From the human T2T-CHM13v2.0 reference genome, Homo sapiens: a DNA stretch of 64,000 nt. Shown in pieces: positions 1-17,064 of this stretch (within the stretch, counting starts at the first letter, position 1; every line of letters starts with the position of its first letter). Made by a program: the position numbers and the translations under genes. A model generated the notes under the pieces. It ran no database searches. It saw only the letters and a list, made by a program, of their open reading frames with translations, and was not told the origin of the DNA. Where the stretch lies: the NCBI RefSeq assembly GCF_009914755.1, contig NC_060939.1, one strand, 5' to 3'.

Positions 1-723
1 CTGGGAAGACACTCTCAAGCAGTGCAAATATGTCTTCAGGAGCCCTGCCTTAGGGAACAAGGGCAGATACCCCAAAGTGGGCCCACTAAGTTTGGCTCTA
101 TCCTCTTTAGCATGTGTCTTTTCAAAAATCAGAGGGTATTAACTTTCCATTCTGTTTTAAAAGGCAAGGAAATCAGAGATAGATTCTTATTCTCATATGG
201 TCTTCAGTAGTTTCTGACTGCAAGTCTTGGTGTGACCTAAATGTAAAAAAGAGTACTTCTTTTAGCAGACAAGGTTGCTCACATAGAAAGTCATACACCG
301 CAGTATGTTTTGAGCGCTTACAAACAGAAAATTGAAGTCTTGTTAATGAATTTGAGGTGGCTTATTGTAGATCATTATAGTAAATAATTCTCTTCCTTGC
401 CAAAATTGATTTCTTCCAGCTAGTCAGGATGTGTGTGCCTTGACTTGGTGTTGGAAGTCAGTGGAAACACATGGTTTGCTTGCCATGCCCTCTTCATCAG
501 AGCACATCTAAGCAGGCGCACTCCACCCCAGGTGGTGGAGAATGTTGTCACTGTCGTTCTAGCCTGTATGGCATAAAAGCAGAGGAATGTCTTGGTCTTA
601 GACTCTCCATCCAACCTTTAATACGTAGTATAGAGTAAGGTAAAAAGGCTTGGTCCCAGCAAAAAGTTACACCCTGCCTCTCCTATTTTTTGTTTTTCCG
701 TTTTGTTTTATTTTTCACTTCAG

Positions 724-938
724 ACCCACCTTAAGAAGGAACTGCACATCAGGGGCCTGTGATGTGTGTTGGCACACAGGCCCTTGGAAGCCCTGTACAG
801 CAGCCTGTGGCAGGGGTTTCCAGTCTCGGAAAGTCGACTGTATCCACACAAGGAGTTGCAAACCTGTGGCCAAGAGACACTGTGTACAGAAAAAGAAACC
901 AATTTCCTGGCGGCACTGTCTTGGGCCCTCCTGTGATA
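724..938 (+). CDS. ADAMTSL3: ADAMTS-like 3, penultimate coding exon (final TSP type-1 repeat)
   Basis: Polypyrimidine tract and ttcag acceptor (721-723). Reads RPTLRRNCTSGACDVCWHTGPWKPCTAACGRGFQSRKVDC...HCLGPSCD, with the WxxxxWxxCxxxCGxG TSP1 motif. Donor A|gtacgt at 939 is phase 1 and compatible with the next exon. Confidence 0.93.
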
Positions 939-1650
939 GTACGTACACCTCCCAGGTATCTCCACTGCCCCAGAGGCCTTGATGGCATCAGATCCTGATG
1001 CTACCATCACGGCACCAAACCCTGCTAGTGATTACCTCATCAGTGTCCCAACTGAGGGGCTATTCAGAATGGATTTGGTAGCTTGGGACATCAGGGGATG
1101 AACTCCTTTATGTGGGTGCAGCTGCATGTTCTCTAGAGAAAAGGCAGTTGGATTAGTAGCATGCCAGCATCATTGGTTACTGCCTTTCCGACAAGCACTG
1201 TCAGTCTCTCCACACACTTCTCTTCTGCCTGGTAGTCTTACGTGCTAAGACAAAGATTCCATGGATGGGCTTGGGTAGGTATGCTGATGTCCTGAAGTTA
1301 TATGTAAAAACTGTAGGTTTATTTTTCTAGGGAGTAGGTGTGTAGCATTCATAAGTTTTTCAAGGAGTCCATGACCCTGCAAAAGTTAAGCATTGCTGCT
1401 CTGAGAACTCAAAGGAGCAGCATGGGCCAGAGGGACTGGGAGGGTCCAGAGAGCAGCAAGAGGTCACTTGGCTGAGCTGAAAGGGAATCCAATGCACTTC
1501 TGACTCTCATGCAAAACAATGGCCCTAACCCAAAGCTGGTTTCTTCACCTCACTCTGTGATCTCAATTTATGGCTTTTCATAAAGTCAAATAATTTTTAA
1601 TTAGGTCTCTAATAAGCTATATGTTACAGATATTTGTTTCTTTTTTGCAG

Positions 1651-1757
1651 GAGACTGCACAGACACAACTCACTACTGTATGTTTGTAAAACATCTTAAT
1701 TTGTGTTCTCTAGACCGCTACAAACAAAGGTGCTGCCAGTCATGTCAAGAGGGATAA
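1651..1757 (+). CDS. ADAMTSL3: ADAMTS-like 3, last coding exon (PLAC domain, stop)
   Basis: ttttttgcag acceptor ending at 1650. Splicing gives A|GA=R, then DCTDTTHYCMFVKHLNLCSLDRYKQRCCQSCQEG-TAA (1755-1757). The CCxSC motif is the PLAC signature. Confidence 0.95.
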
Positions 1758-2727
1758 ACCTTTGGAGGGGTCATGATGCTGCTGTGAAGATAAAAGTAGA
1801 ATATAAAAGCTCTTTTCCCCATGTCGCTGATTCAAAAACATGTATTTCTTAAAAGACTAGATTCTATGGATCAAACAGAGGTTGATGCAAAAACACCACT
1901 GTTAAGGTGTAAAGTGAAATTTTCCAATGGTAGTTTTATATTCCAATTTTTTAAAATGATGTATTCAAGGATGAACAAAATACTATAGCATGCATGCCAC
2001 TGCACTTGGGACCTCATCATGTCAGTTGAATCGAGAAATCACCAAGATTATGAGTGCATCCTCACGTGCTGCCTCTTTCCTGTGATATGTAGACTAGCAC
2101 AGAGTGGTACATCCTAAAAACTTGGGAAACACAGCAACCCATGACTTCCTCTTCTCTCAAGTTGCAGGTTTTCAACAGTTTTATAAGGTATTTGCATTTT
2201 AGAAGCTCTGGCCAGTAGTTGTTAAGATGTTGGCATTAATGGCATTTTCATAGATCCTTGGTTTAGTCTGTGAAAAAGAAACCATCTCTCTGGATAGGCT
2301 GTCACACTGACTGACCTAAGGGTTCATGGAAGCATGGCATCTTGTCCTTGCTTTTAGAACACCCATGGAAGAAAACACAGAGTAGATATTGCTGTCATTT
2401 ATACAACTACAGAAATTTATCTATGACCTAATGAGGCATCTCGGAAGTCAAAGAAGAGGGAAAGTTAACCTTTTCTACTGATTTCGTAGTATATTCAGAG
2501 CTTTCTTTTAAGAGCTGTGAATGAAACTTTTTCTAAGCACTATTCTATTGCACACAAACAGAAAACCAAAGCCTTATTAGACCTAATTTATGCATAAAGT
2601 AGTATTCCTGAGAACTTTATTTTGGAAAATTTATAAGAAAGTAATCCAAATAAGAAACACGATAGTTGAAAATAATTTTTATAGTAAATAATTGTTTTGG
2701 GCTGATTTTTCAGTAAATCCAAAGTGA

Positions 2728-2990
2728 CTTAGGTTAGAAGTTACACTAAGGACCAGGGGTTGGAATCAGAATTTAGTTTAAGATTTGAGGAAAAGGGTAA
2801 GGGTTAGTTTCAGTTTTAGGATTAGAGCTAGAATTGGGTTAGGTGAGAAAGAAAGTTAAGGTTAAGGCTAGAGTTGTCTTTAAGGGTTAGGGTTAGGACC
2901 AGGTTAGGTCAGGGTTGGATTGGGTTTAGATTGGGGCCAGTGCTGGTGTTAGTGATAGTGTCAGGATGGAGGTTAGGTTTGGAGTAAGCG
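2728..2990 (+). repeat. Degenerate telomere-like (TTAGGG-type) hexamer array
   Basis: GGGTTAGGGTTAGG at 2884-2897, embedded in ~6-nt periodic variants (ggttag, ggtaag, ggttaa, ggctag, ggtcag, ggttgg). Confidence 0.7.
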
Positions 2991-3754
2991 TTGTTGCTGA
3001 AGTGAGTTCAGGCTAGCATTAAATTGTAAGTTCTGAAGCTGATTTGGTTATGGGGTCTTTCCCCTGTATACTACCAGTTGTGTCTTTAGATGGCACACAA
3101 GTCCAAATAAGTGGTCATACTTCTTTATTCAGGGTCTCAGCTGCCTGTACACCTGCTGCCTACATCTTCTTGGCAACAAAGTTACCTGCCACAGGCTCTG
3201 CTGAGCCTAGTTCCTGGTCAGTAATAACTGAACAGTGCATTTTGGCTTTGGATGTGTCTGTGGACAAGCTTGCTGAGTTTCTCTACCATATTCTGAGCAC
3301 ACGGTCTCTTTTGTTCTAACTTCAGCTTCACTGACACTGGGTTGAGCACTACTGTATGTGGAGGGTTTGGTGATTGGGAATGGATGGGGGACAGTGAGGA
3401 GGACACACCAGCCCATTAGTTGTTAATCATCAATCACATCTGATTGTTGAAGGTTATTAAATTAAAAGAAAGATCATTTGTAACATACTCTTTGTATATA
3501 TTTATTATATGAAAGGTGCAATATTTTATTTTGTACAGTATGTAATAAAGACATGGGACATATATTTTTCTTATTAACAAAATTTCATATTAAATTGCTT
3601 CACTTTGTATTTAAAGTTAAAAGTTACTATTTTTCATTTGCTATTGTACTTTCATTGTTGTCATTCAATTGACATTCCTGTGTACTGTATTTTACTACTG
3701 TTTTTATAACATGAGAGTTAATGTTTCTGTTTCATGATCCTTATGTAATTCAGA

Positions 3755-3760
3755 AATAAA
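3755..3760 (+). terminator. Distal polyadenylation signal AATAAA of ADAMTSL3
   Basis: AATAAA with upstream TGTA motifs and a downstream gtgtgttattttttggt element. Confidence 0.7.
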
Positions 3761-4425
3761 TTTACTTTGATTATTCAGTGGCATCCTTATAAATGTAGGC
3801 AGCTTATGTGTGTTATTTTTTGGTAGCCTTCGGTCTTGTCATCGTGGCTGCCCCTTCATCAGTCCAAGAGCCACCCCAGTGGGTTTGATTCCCTGGACTG
3901 TCCTTCAGAGTGTGGATTACAAGACTCAGAGCAGATCTCACAAAGATTCACTCTAATGCCCTCATTTTACTCATTTACATATTGTGAATCATTTTTAAAA
4001 GAATCTCAAGAGCAGCAGAAGAAAGAAGTCCCAAACAGACAACCTGAAACAGGTATTGAAGTAAGGGGTAGTTGGAAGAGCAAGCGGTACTAATAGCCTT
4101 TTAATTTTTTAAAGACTTTTTTTAGAGCAGTTTTAATTTCACAACAAAATTGATTGGAAGGTACAGAGATTTCCCATGTATACCTCATGTCCCAACACAT
4201 ATATAACATCCCCCATTATCAGCATCCCCCACCAGAATGGTACATTTGTTACAATTGATGAACCTCCATTGACACATCATCATAGTCCAAAGTCCATAGT
4301 TTACAAGAGCTGGGATAAATCCCACTTAGTCATGGTGTATAATTCATTTTATAAATTGTTAGATTCAACTTGCTAATGTTTGTTGAGTATTTTTGCATTT
4401 ATTTTCATGAAAGATTGATCTGTAG

Positions 4426-4836
<411 letters not shown>

Positions 4837-5384
4837 TAGAATGAGTTAGGAAATATTAACTCTGCTTCTGTCCTCAAGAGATTGTAGAGAATTGCTATTT
4901 CTGTCTTAAATGTTTGGTAGAATTAACCAGTGAACCTGTCTTGGCCTAGTGCTTTCTGGTTTTGAAGATTATCAATTATTGATTCAATTTATTTAATAGA
5001 AATAAGCCTATTTGGATTGTCTGTTTCTTTTTGTGTGAGTTTTGGCACATTGTTTCTTTGTATGAATTTTGACAGATTGTGTCAAGGAATTGGTCTATTT
5101 CTTCTAGGTTATAAAATTGTAGGCAGAGTTCTTCATGGTATTCCTCTATTATCCTTTTAATCCCCATAGTATTTGTAGTGATGTCTCCTCTTTCATTTCT
5201 CATATTAGTAATTTGTATCCTTTCTGGTTTTTTTTTTCTTAGCTTTGCTGGAGACTTACTGAATTTATTGATTTTTTTCAAGTAACCAGTGTTTATTTCA
5301 TTTCATTTCTTCTATTGATTCCTTGTTTTCAATTTCATTGATTTCGGCTCTAATTATTTCTTTTCTTTGTCTTACTTTGGATTT

Positions 5385-5682
5385 ATTTTATTTTATTTAT
5401 TTATTTATTTATTTAGGAGACAGATTCTCATTCTGTCACCCAGGCTGGAGGGCAGTGGTGTGATCTTGGCTCACTGCAACCTCCTCCTCCCAGGTTCAAG
5501 CAATTCTAGTGCCTCCACCTCCCAAGTAGCCAGGACTATGGGTATGCATCACCAAGCCTGGCTAACATTTTGTATTTTTAGTAGAGACAGGGTTTTGCCA
5601 TGTTGCGCAGGCTAGTCTTGAACTCCTGAGCTCAGGCAATCTGCCTACCTCAGCCTCCCAATTACAGGCATGAGCCACCGTG
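5385..5682 (-). mobile_element. Alu (older J/S type) with (TTTA)n tail
   Basis: Antisense Alu dimer, diverged, with a small deletion near its 5' end. Confidence 0.85.
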
Positions 5683-5702
5683 CTTTACTTTGGTTTTTTT
5701 GA

Positions 5703-5994
5703 TTTTTTTTTTGAGATGGAGTCTTGCCCTGTCACCCAGGCTGGACTGCAGTGGCTCAATCTCGGCTCACTGCAACCTCTGCCCCCTGAGTTCAAGCGAT
5801 TCTCCTGCCTCAGCCTTCTGAGTAGCTGGAACTACAAGCATGCACCACCATGCCCAGCTAATTTTTGTATTTTTAGTAGAGACAGGGTTTCATCATGTTG
5901 GTCAGGCTGCTCTCAAACTGCTGACCTCATGTGATCCACCCCACTCGGCCTCCCAAAGTGCTGGGATTATAAGCGTGAGCTATGGCACCTGACC
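5703..5994 (-). mobile_element. Alu (AluS-type)
   Basis: Antisense Alu dimer with poly-T. Confidence 0.9.
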
Positions 5995-6354
5995 TACTTT
6001 GGATTTAATTTGCTCTTCTTTTCTACTTTCTTCAGGTGTAAACTTAGAATACTGATTTAAGATCTGTCTTCTTTCCTAATATATGTATTCAATGCCTTAT
6101 ATTTCCCCATAGCACTGTTTTTACTGTATCCCACAAATTTTGATAAATTGTGTTCCCATTTTCATTTGGTTCAAAATATTTTAAAATTTCTCTTGAGATT
6201 TTCTGATCCACATGTAACTTAGAAATATGTTGTTTAATCTCCACATATTTTGAGATTTTCCAGTTACCTTTCTGTTATTGATTTATAATTTAATTCCACC
6301 ACGGCCTGAAAGCAGACATTGTATGATTTCTAGTCTTTTAAATGTGTTAAAGTG

Positions 6355-9810
<3,456 letters not shown>

Positions 9811-9825
9811 AAATGTGTTAAAGTG

Positions 9826-10730
9826 TGCTTCTATTGAAACAGATCGTTTATTCAAAATAATAATTAGCAATAATATTTGATTATAAATAAATTAAGAAGA
9901 ACAATAAAAGTTTTCATTTTATCTTCACTTATTCTTATTCCAATGCTCTTCCTTTCTTGATATACATCCAAGTTACTGACATGTATCATTTTCCTTCTTC
10001 CCAAGGAACTTTTCTTTAACATTTCTTTCAAGGCAGGTTTACTGGCAACGAATTCCCTCAATTTTTGTTTGAGAAAGTCTTTATTTCTCCTTCACTTATG
10101 AAGAGTAATTTCACAGAATATAGAATTCTAGGTTGGTGATGCTTTTTTTTCCCCTCTCTCAACACTTTAAATATTTCACTCCACTCTCCTCTCGCTTACG
10201 CAATTTCTGAGAAGTTAGATGTAATTCTTATCTTGACTTGTCTATAGGTAAGGTGGTTTTTTTTTTCTTCTGGGTTCCTTCAGAATATTCTCGTCATCTT
10301 TTAATTTTTTTTTCATAGTTTGTAACTTAGGTGGCTACATGTAGTTTTTCTGTAGGCATTTATCCTGCTTGATGTTTTCTGAGCTTCCTGGATCTGTGGT
10401 TTGGTGTCTCACATTGAGAGAAATTCTCAGCCATTATTGCTTCAACTATTTCTCCTGTTTCTTTCTCTTCTGCTTCTGGAATTCCCATCACATGTATGTT
10501 ACATCTTTTGCAGTTGTCTCACAGTTCTTGCATACTCTGTATTTTTTTCAGTCTTTTTCTGCTTTTCAGTTTTGGTGATTTCCATGAGATATTCTCAAGC
10601 TCAGAGATGTCTTTCCTCAGCAGAATCCAGTTTACTAATAAGCCTGTCAAAGGCATTCTTCATTTTTGTTACAGTGTTTTTAATCTATAGCATTTCTTTT
10701 TGGTTCTTTCTTACAATTTCCATCTCTGAT
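9826..10730 (-). mobile_element. Old L1M continuation (ORF1 region), split from 4105-6339 by the L1PA insertion
   Basis: Minus-strand ORF 9864-10061 (MREFVASKPALKEMLK) matches the L1 ORF1 C-terminus. Confidence 0.7.
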
Positions 10731-10875
10731 TAAACTGCCTATATATACAGAGCATATATACCAACCTGTGAATGCACACACACACACATCTATTTTTTTG
10801 TGTATCTATGAATTCATACTGAGACCCTGCACACTATTTCAACACCATAGGGTTCATTATAATCCGCATCTTTTT

Positions 10876-11316
10876 ATTTTAAGTTCCGGGGTACATGTGC
10901 AGAATGTGCAGGTTTGTTACATAGGTAAACGTGTGCCATGGTGGTTTGCTGCACCTATCGACTCACCACCTAATTATTAAGCCCAGCCTGCATTAGCTCT
11001 TTTCCCTAATGCTCTCCCCCACCGCCTTCCCCTGACAGGCCCCAGTAAGTGTTGTTCCCCTCGGTGTCCATGTGTTTTCATTTTTCAGCTCCCACTTATG
11101 AGTGAGAACATGTAGTATTTGGTTTTATGTTCCTGCATTAGTTTGCTGAGGATAAGGACTTCCAGCTCCATCCATGGCCCTGCAAAGAACATGATCTCAT
11201 TCCTTTTTATGGCTGCATAGTATTCCATGGTGTATATGTATGACATTTTCTTTATCCAGAGTATCATTGATGGGCATTTGGTTGATTCCATAACTTTGCT
11301 ATTGTGAATGGTGCTG
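10876..11316 (-). mobile_element. 5'-truncated L1PA 3' end (~440 bp)
   Basis: L1PA 3'UTR plus ORF2 C-terminus (YTMEYYAAIKRNE). Flanking TSD tc(c/t)gcatcttttt at ~10863 and ~11317. Confidence 0.85.
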
Positions 11317-11679
11317 TCTGCATCTTTTTCTTATTTGTAACTTATTTCTCTGATAGAAGCCTGGCTCTCATTATTTACACTATATTTTCTCAGTTCAACC
11401 TTATTATACTCATAGTTTAGAATTGATAACACATACCTCTGTCAGAGAAAAAAATTAAAAACTAGAGTACAATGTTCATATACAATTATTTTTGTCTTTA
11501 GCTTTATAGTAGCCAATATGATCACTTGTCCAAAATCACTTAGGTAATCTCCTTTCTTCTCAATGCCACATCCTGGGTGTCAGTTTTCATAATTTACATA
11601 CTGTAAAATTAACTTGGTGGTTTCTAATGGTTTTGACAAATGCAGAGTTGTATATCTACCACCAGTTTCTTAGTTCCAC

Positions 11680-12860
11680 TCCACCCCACATTCTTTTGTC
11701 CTGCTTCTTTGTAGTCAATTGCTTCTACCCCCACCCCTAGCAATCACTTACTATTTTCTGTCCCTACAGTTTTGCCTTTTCCAGAAATTTATACAAATTG
11801 AATAATATAACATGTAGTCTTTTGGGTCTTGCTTTTTTCACTTACCAAAATACATTTAAGTTCCATGCATGCTGTTGGGTGAATCAACAAATGTTGAAAC
11901 AACAAAATGTTGTTTGTTCCTTGAACTGGCTTTATATATGGATAGATGTTCACTCATTTACCAGTTGAAAGACCTGTGGGTTGTTTCCAGTTTGGGGTGA
12001 TTATAGATAAAGTTCTATAAACGTTCATATACACATTTTTGCATAAACCTACATTTTCACTTCTCTTTGAAGAACACCTAGAGGTGAGTTTGCTGGGTCA
12101 TATGATATATGCATGTTTATAAGAAACTGTTAAACTGATTTCCAAAGTAGCTGTACCATTTTCATTCTAATGAACAATATGTGAGTGTTCCTGTTGTCCC
12201 AGACCCTTGCTAGTATGTGGTATTATCAGGTTGGTGTGTGCGGTGGTTTTTTTGTTTGTTTTTGTTTTTCTTTAAGCCATTCCAGTAGGTATGTAGTGGT
12301 ACCTTAGTGCAGTTTTAATTTGAACTTCCATAATGACTATTGATGTTAAGCATCTTTTCATGTGCTTCTTCACTGTCTTTTCTGGTTGAATTGTGTCTCC
12401 TCCAAAAATGAAATTCTAACCCTCACTACCTATGAATATAATCTTATTGGAAAATGGGGTCATTGCAAAAGATCAAGTTAAGGTGAGGTTATCAGGATGG
12501 GCCTTAATACAATGTGACTGATGTCCTTATAAAAAGGGGAAATTTGGAAACAGACGCATGCACACAGGGAGGATGCTGTGTGAGGATAAAGACAGAGCTC
12601 TACAAGCCAAAGAACACCAAAGATCACCAGCAAACCACCAGAAGCTAGGACAAAAAAACAGAACCGATTTTCCCACACAGCCTCAAAACCAGCCCTGCCA
12701 ACACCTTGATCTTGGGATCTGTGGTCTCTGGAACTGAGAGATAATACATTTCTATTGTTTAAGCCACCCTGTTTGTGTACTTTTCATAGTAGTCTTAGCA
12801 AATTAAGACACTATCTGTATATCTTTTTTGGTGAAGTATCTGTTTAGAACTTTCACCTAT
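11680..12860 (-). mobile_element. Old L1ME-like 3' region, interrupted by a MaLR LTR
   Basis: Diverged L1 3' motifs (tttccaaagtagctgtaccattt; gatgttaagcatcttttcatgtgc), resuming after 12810. Confidence 0.6.
12380..12810 (+). mobile_element. MLT1-type MaLR solo LTR
   Basis: ggttgaattgtgtctcc...ccagccctgccaacaccttgatc...ctattgtttaagccacc, which are typical MLT1 motifs. Confidence 0.75.
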
Positions 12861-12986
12861 GTTTTTGTGGTTGGGTTTGGTTTGCTTTGGTTTTGCTATT
12901 GCTTGCTTACTGTCTGTAAGCAACTCCCAGCCACATTTCCTTCTTAGTCATTATAGTTCCATGATGGCTACAATTAAAGAAGTCTT

Positions 12987-13291
12987 GGCCACGTGCGGTG
13001 GCTCGCGCCTGTAATCCCAGCACTTTGGGAGGCCGAGGCAGTTGGATTGCTTGAGGCCAGGAGTTTGAGACCAGCCTGACCAACATGGCAAAACCCCATC
13101 TCTACTAACAGTACAAAAATTAGCCGAGCATGGTGGCATGCACCTGCAGTCCCAGCTACTTGGGGCTGAGGCAGGAGAATCGCTTGAACCCAAGAGGCAG
13201 AGGTTGCAGTGAACTGAGATCGCACCACTGCACTCCAGCCTGGGTGACACAGCAAGACTCCATCTCAAAAAAAAAAAAAAAAAGAAAAGAA
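12987..13291 (+). mobile_element. Alu (AluS-type)
   Basis: Full dimer with A-tail. TSD aaagaagt(c/t)tt. Confidence 0.92.
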
Positions 13292-13824
13292 AAAGAAGTT
13301 TTAACACAGATATTGGATGGGATGGAGAAATGCCCCTGGCCACCCTAGAGAGCATCTATCAAGCTGTGTGCTGTGTTTATGAGAAGGCTGGGGAGGGATA
13401 GTATTGATGAAAGTCCTGTGTCTGATACAGGGTGAAAATCTGCACTTGCATGCAAAAGAGCATTGAATGACAGGGAAAAAAAGCAAAAACCTGAACAAAA
13501 TGAAAGAGTCCTGATGTTTCACTGGACACCGCAACCCTTTCAAAAGCATGTTATCAGCATGTTTTTAAACAGCGTTTTTGAAGTTACTCACTCATGATTG
13601 CAAGGTTCACTTCCTCGACTCTGTTTAACTTTCAGAGGTCTCCCCTCTGCTTCCTGAGTATCATGAGGATCTTCTCACACAGCGATTCTCAGAGAAGGCC
13701 TTAGATTATAGTTTTGTATAGAAGCAAACCTGCAAATGTGAGATATTCAGAAGCTGGGATGTGGGTTTCCCAGCCTCTGACTGAACACCTCCCTCCTGCC
13801 TTGAAGGGCTTTTAAGAAAACTTT

Positions 13825-14040
13825 CAAAATAGACTTTATTTATTTGAGCAGTTTTAGGTTCACAGCAAAACTGAGTGGAAAGTACAGAGTTCCTATATGC
13901 CCCTCCCCACACACATGCACAGCCTTCCTCACTATCAACACCCCCAGCCAGAGTGGTACATTTGTTACAGTTGAGGAACTTACATGGACACATTATCACT
14001 CGAAGTCCATAGTGTAGGTTAGGGTTCACTCCTTACATTG
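13825..14040 (-). mobile_element. L1MC-like 3' end fragment
   Basis: gagcagttttaggttcacagcaaaactgagtggaaagtacagag...gggttcactc; homologous to 4105-4300. Confidence 0.7.
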
Positions 14041-14928
14041 TCTGTGCAGTTTTTATAAATCATAAAGCCTTTATTTCTAATTTCAGTCTGTGGTCTCGTT
14101 TTACACAACAAGGGTTTCCAGAGAGATAGGGTGGGAATGGGATGGGGCTGGGGTAGAAATCTACCGACTTTTCTCTCTGAATTTTCCTCCTTTCTTCATT
14201 AGATTTATCCAAGTTTGGCGTAGTGGAATCTGGCAGATTGCTAAGTAATATTACTAGTTTCCAGCCCTGTTAAAATGTTTTTTTGTGTGTGTTCCTGCAT
14301 AGTATTTCAAGGAGGCCTAACAGGAGAATGACTCAGGGATTGCTAGCTTTCCACCAACATAGCTTGGAAGTCCCTTTAACTCTTTCACAGAGATAGAGGG
14401 TCCCTCTGTAACTATTTTTATGCTGTTCCCACCTTCCCATTTTTCTTGATCTGGCAATTTCCTACTTATCTTTCAAGATTCAGCTCACCTGTCTATCCTC
14501 TCCCTAAGGCAGACTTTCCTGAACTCCTAGGCTGAATGTCTTACATTGTTCTCTGTTTCAATCTCTATTATTTTCACACCTGTTATACTGAGTGTTAGAT
14601 TATGGGGAAATGCCATTATTCATCTTCAATCCTTATGATGGCAATTTGCCTCTGGAAACTCTAGTAGATGTCTTATTAAGGGTGACCTTTGTCCAGGGAG
14701 GAGACCACCCCCATTAAATTATGAAGGGATTTGAATATCCAGCATCGGAATATGGGACGGGATGACAGAGTGCTGTAGTATTTCCTTATTTTTAATTCTG
14801 GTTATACATTATTGTTTTGTATTTAAAAATAAGAACATCTACTTATGTATAGGTTAACCTAGACAGGACTTTATTAAAATGCTGTCTTTAAAAAAAAATA
14901 GGTACAGAAATCTTGAAAATCTGTTCCT

Positions 14929-14934
14929 TTTATT
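14929..14934 (-). terminator. Candidate poly(A) signal of the SAXO2-derived pseudogene
   Basis: TTTATT on + (AATAAA on -) ~2.1 kb past the pseudo-stop, in an AT-rich UTR-like tract. A second candidate lies at 14870-14875. Confidence 0.45.
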
Positions 14935-15870
14935 GATTTTATTAATGTTGCATAGAAATATAAAGTTTCACACACCATACTTTTACTAATAAATGTAAAT
15001 AAGAACAAGTTACTTTTGAACAATTAAAATAACCAAATATTAATGATTTTCAATAAAATACATTTTAAAATAATTCTGAAGCCATAAAAGACTAAAATTC
15101 ACTTTATGCTAAAATAAATCATATTCTCCCATAATGCAATTATTTAATTTTTTTAAAAAAAGAAACCACCCAATAAGAGTTTAATTCATTCAGAAATTTT
15201 TAGCATTTATAAATGCAATAGAGTGTTTCTACTATACTTACTGGCATCATTCTTTACCTTATCACTTATCTTCACACCGGAAGAGGTGAACCAGGTGATT
15301 ATGCCCCCTGCTGGGGCTGGTTCTTCCTCTAAACAGTGACTTGGCCTGGCAATTAGGTGCAAAATTACCTACATTTACCCTAAAGATTTCTTCAGAGCTG
15401 TCAGTCTTCCTAAAACTACCCTAGCAAATAATACTTTTTCCTTTCTGCAAATACTGTTATTCAAACCACTGTATTTACCCCATTCCAAGCTTTCCATTCT
15501 CTGTTAAGAATTTCTCAGGTGCTCATGAAGTTTTAAAGGACAAGACTCCTCACATACTACTCATAGCTCAAAACAAATTAGGTTATTTTACAATCCTTGA
15601 TACAGGCCAGAAAATGAGGATTGGGTAAGTAATTATCCTAATTTGAAAAGGAGAAAACAAGTACAAAAAGAGACTGAGTGATTTTTTTTAACAATCCCCT
15701 ACATTTATACTTTTACTTTAAGGATTAAAATGTACCATATAGTCTGATGCTCAAAACAAACGTTTTTGAAAACAGACATCATTTTACAAACAAAGACACT
15801 GAGTCTCAGAGATATGAGTCACTGCCTAAGGTAGTACAAATAGAAATCTATATTATTAGAACTTGAACTT

Positions 15871-16145
15871 AGGCTGGGTATAGTGTCTCATGCCTGTAAT
15901 CCCACTGCTTTGGGAAGCCAAGGCAGGATTCAAAAGCAGCCTGGCCAATATAGCAAGAACCTATCTCTACAAAGTATATTAAAAAAATAGCTGGGTGTGG
16001 TGGCACACCCTTGTAGTCCCAGCTACTTGGGAGGCTGAGGCAGGAGGATCACTTGAGCTCAGGAGGCTGAGGCTGCAGTAAGCCATGATCATGCCACTGG
16101 ACTCCAGCATGGGTGACAGTGAGACCCTGTCTCTAAAAATAATAA
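15871..16145 (+). mobile_element. AluJ (left-arm deletion) inserted in a MIR fragment
   Basis: gcttgagctcaggag / gccatgatcatgccactg are AluJ diagnostics. MIR-like flanks at ~15775-15870 and ~16155-16200. Confidence 0.8.
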
Positions 16146-16664
16146 TAATTATTAGTCAGAACTTGAACTCAAGTCCTTCGATTCCCAGCACACAGAGCCT
16201 TTCCTTGCCACACCACAGTGGCTCTTACTAACTTGAACATGGTGAGGAGCAGTGCAGCAGTCTGTATACCACCAACCAAAACTTGACTCAGTGGATGCTA
16301 TGTAGATGCCGTGAAGTCTGAGTAAAATGAATCCTGTTGCCTTGGAAGAGGAATCCATGTATCATTTTCAATGTTGTTCTAGATAATCCTGATGTGCTTG
16401 ATAAATGACAGCTGCTATGTGAATAACCATACAATTGCCATAATTATAAACAGAATTACAAATGATAGACTGGGGACAAGCTACTAAGCAGTATGTTGAG
16501 TATTAAAATGGTACGTATGGGAATCTATATTATTCAACCTTCCAAAATGCATATTAAAGAACAATCTTGGTTAAAATATCAATACAAAATGGTTTTAAGA
16601 TTCTGATTTATGATACATTTTCCAATTTTCTTGTTTAAAAATATAAAAAATGATTTATTATATC

Positions 16665-17029
<365 letters not shown>

Positions 17030-17064
17030 TTATTAGTAGCTTCCTTTTAAGCACAATTTGGTTA

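Larger units (their letters stand above)
1758..3782 (+). other. ADAMTSL3: ADAMTSL3 3'UTR (~2 kb)
   Basis: Non-repetitive sequence after the stop codon with an AT-rich end. AATAAA at 3544-3549 and 3755-3760, the latter followed by a GT/T-rich element (~3805-3825). 3' end approximate. Confidence 0.75.

Noticed and set aside
650-982. 110-aa ORF treated as a stand-alone gene
   Set aside because: It is the ADAMTSL3 exon at 724-938 plus intronic read-through on both sides.
5021-5082. ~30-bp imperfect tandem duplication in old L1 (and a 14-bp one at ~51324-51349)
   Set aside because: Ordinary slippage events inside decayed repeats.
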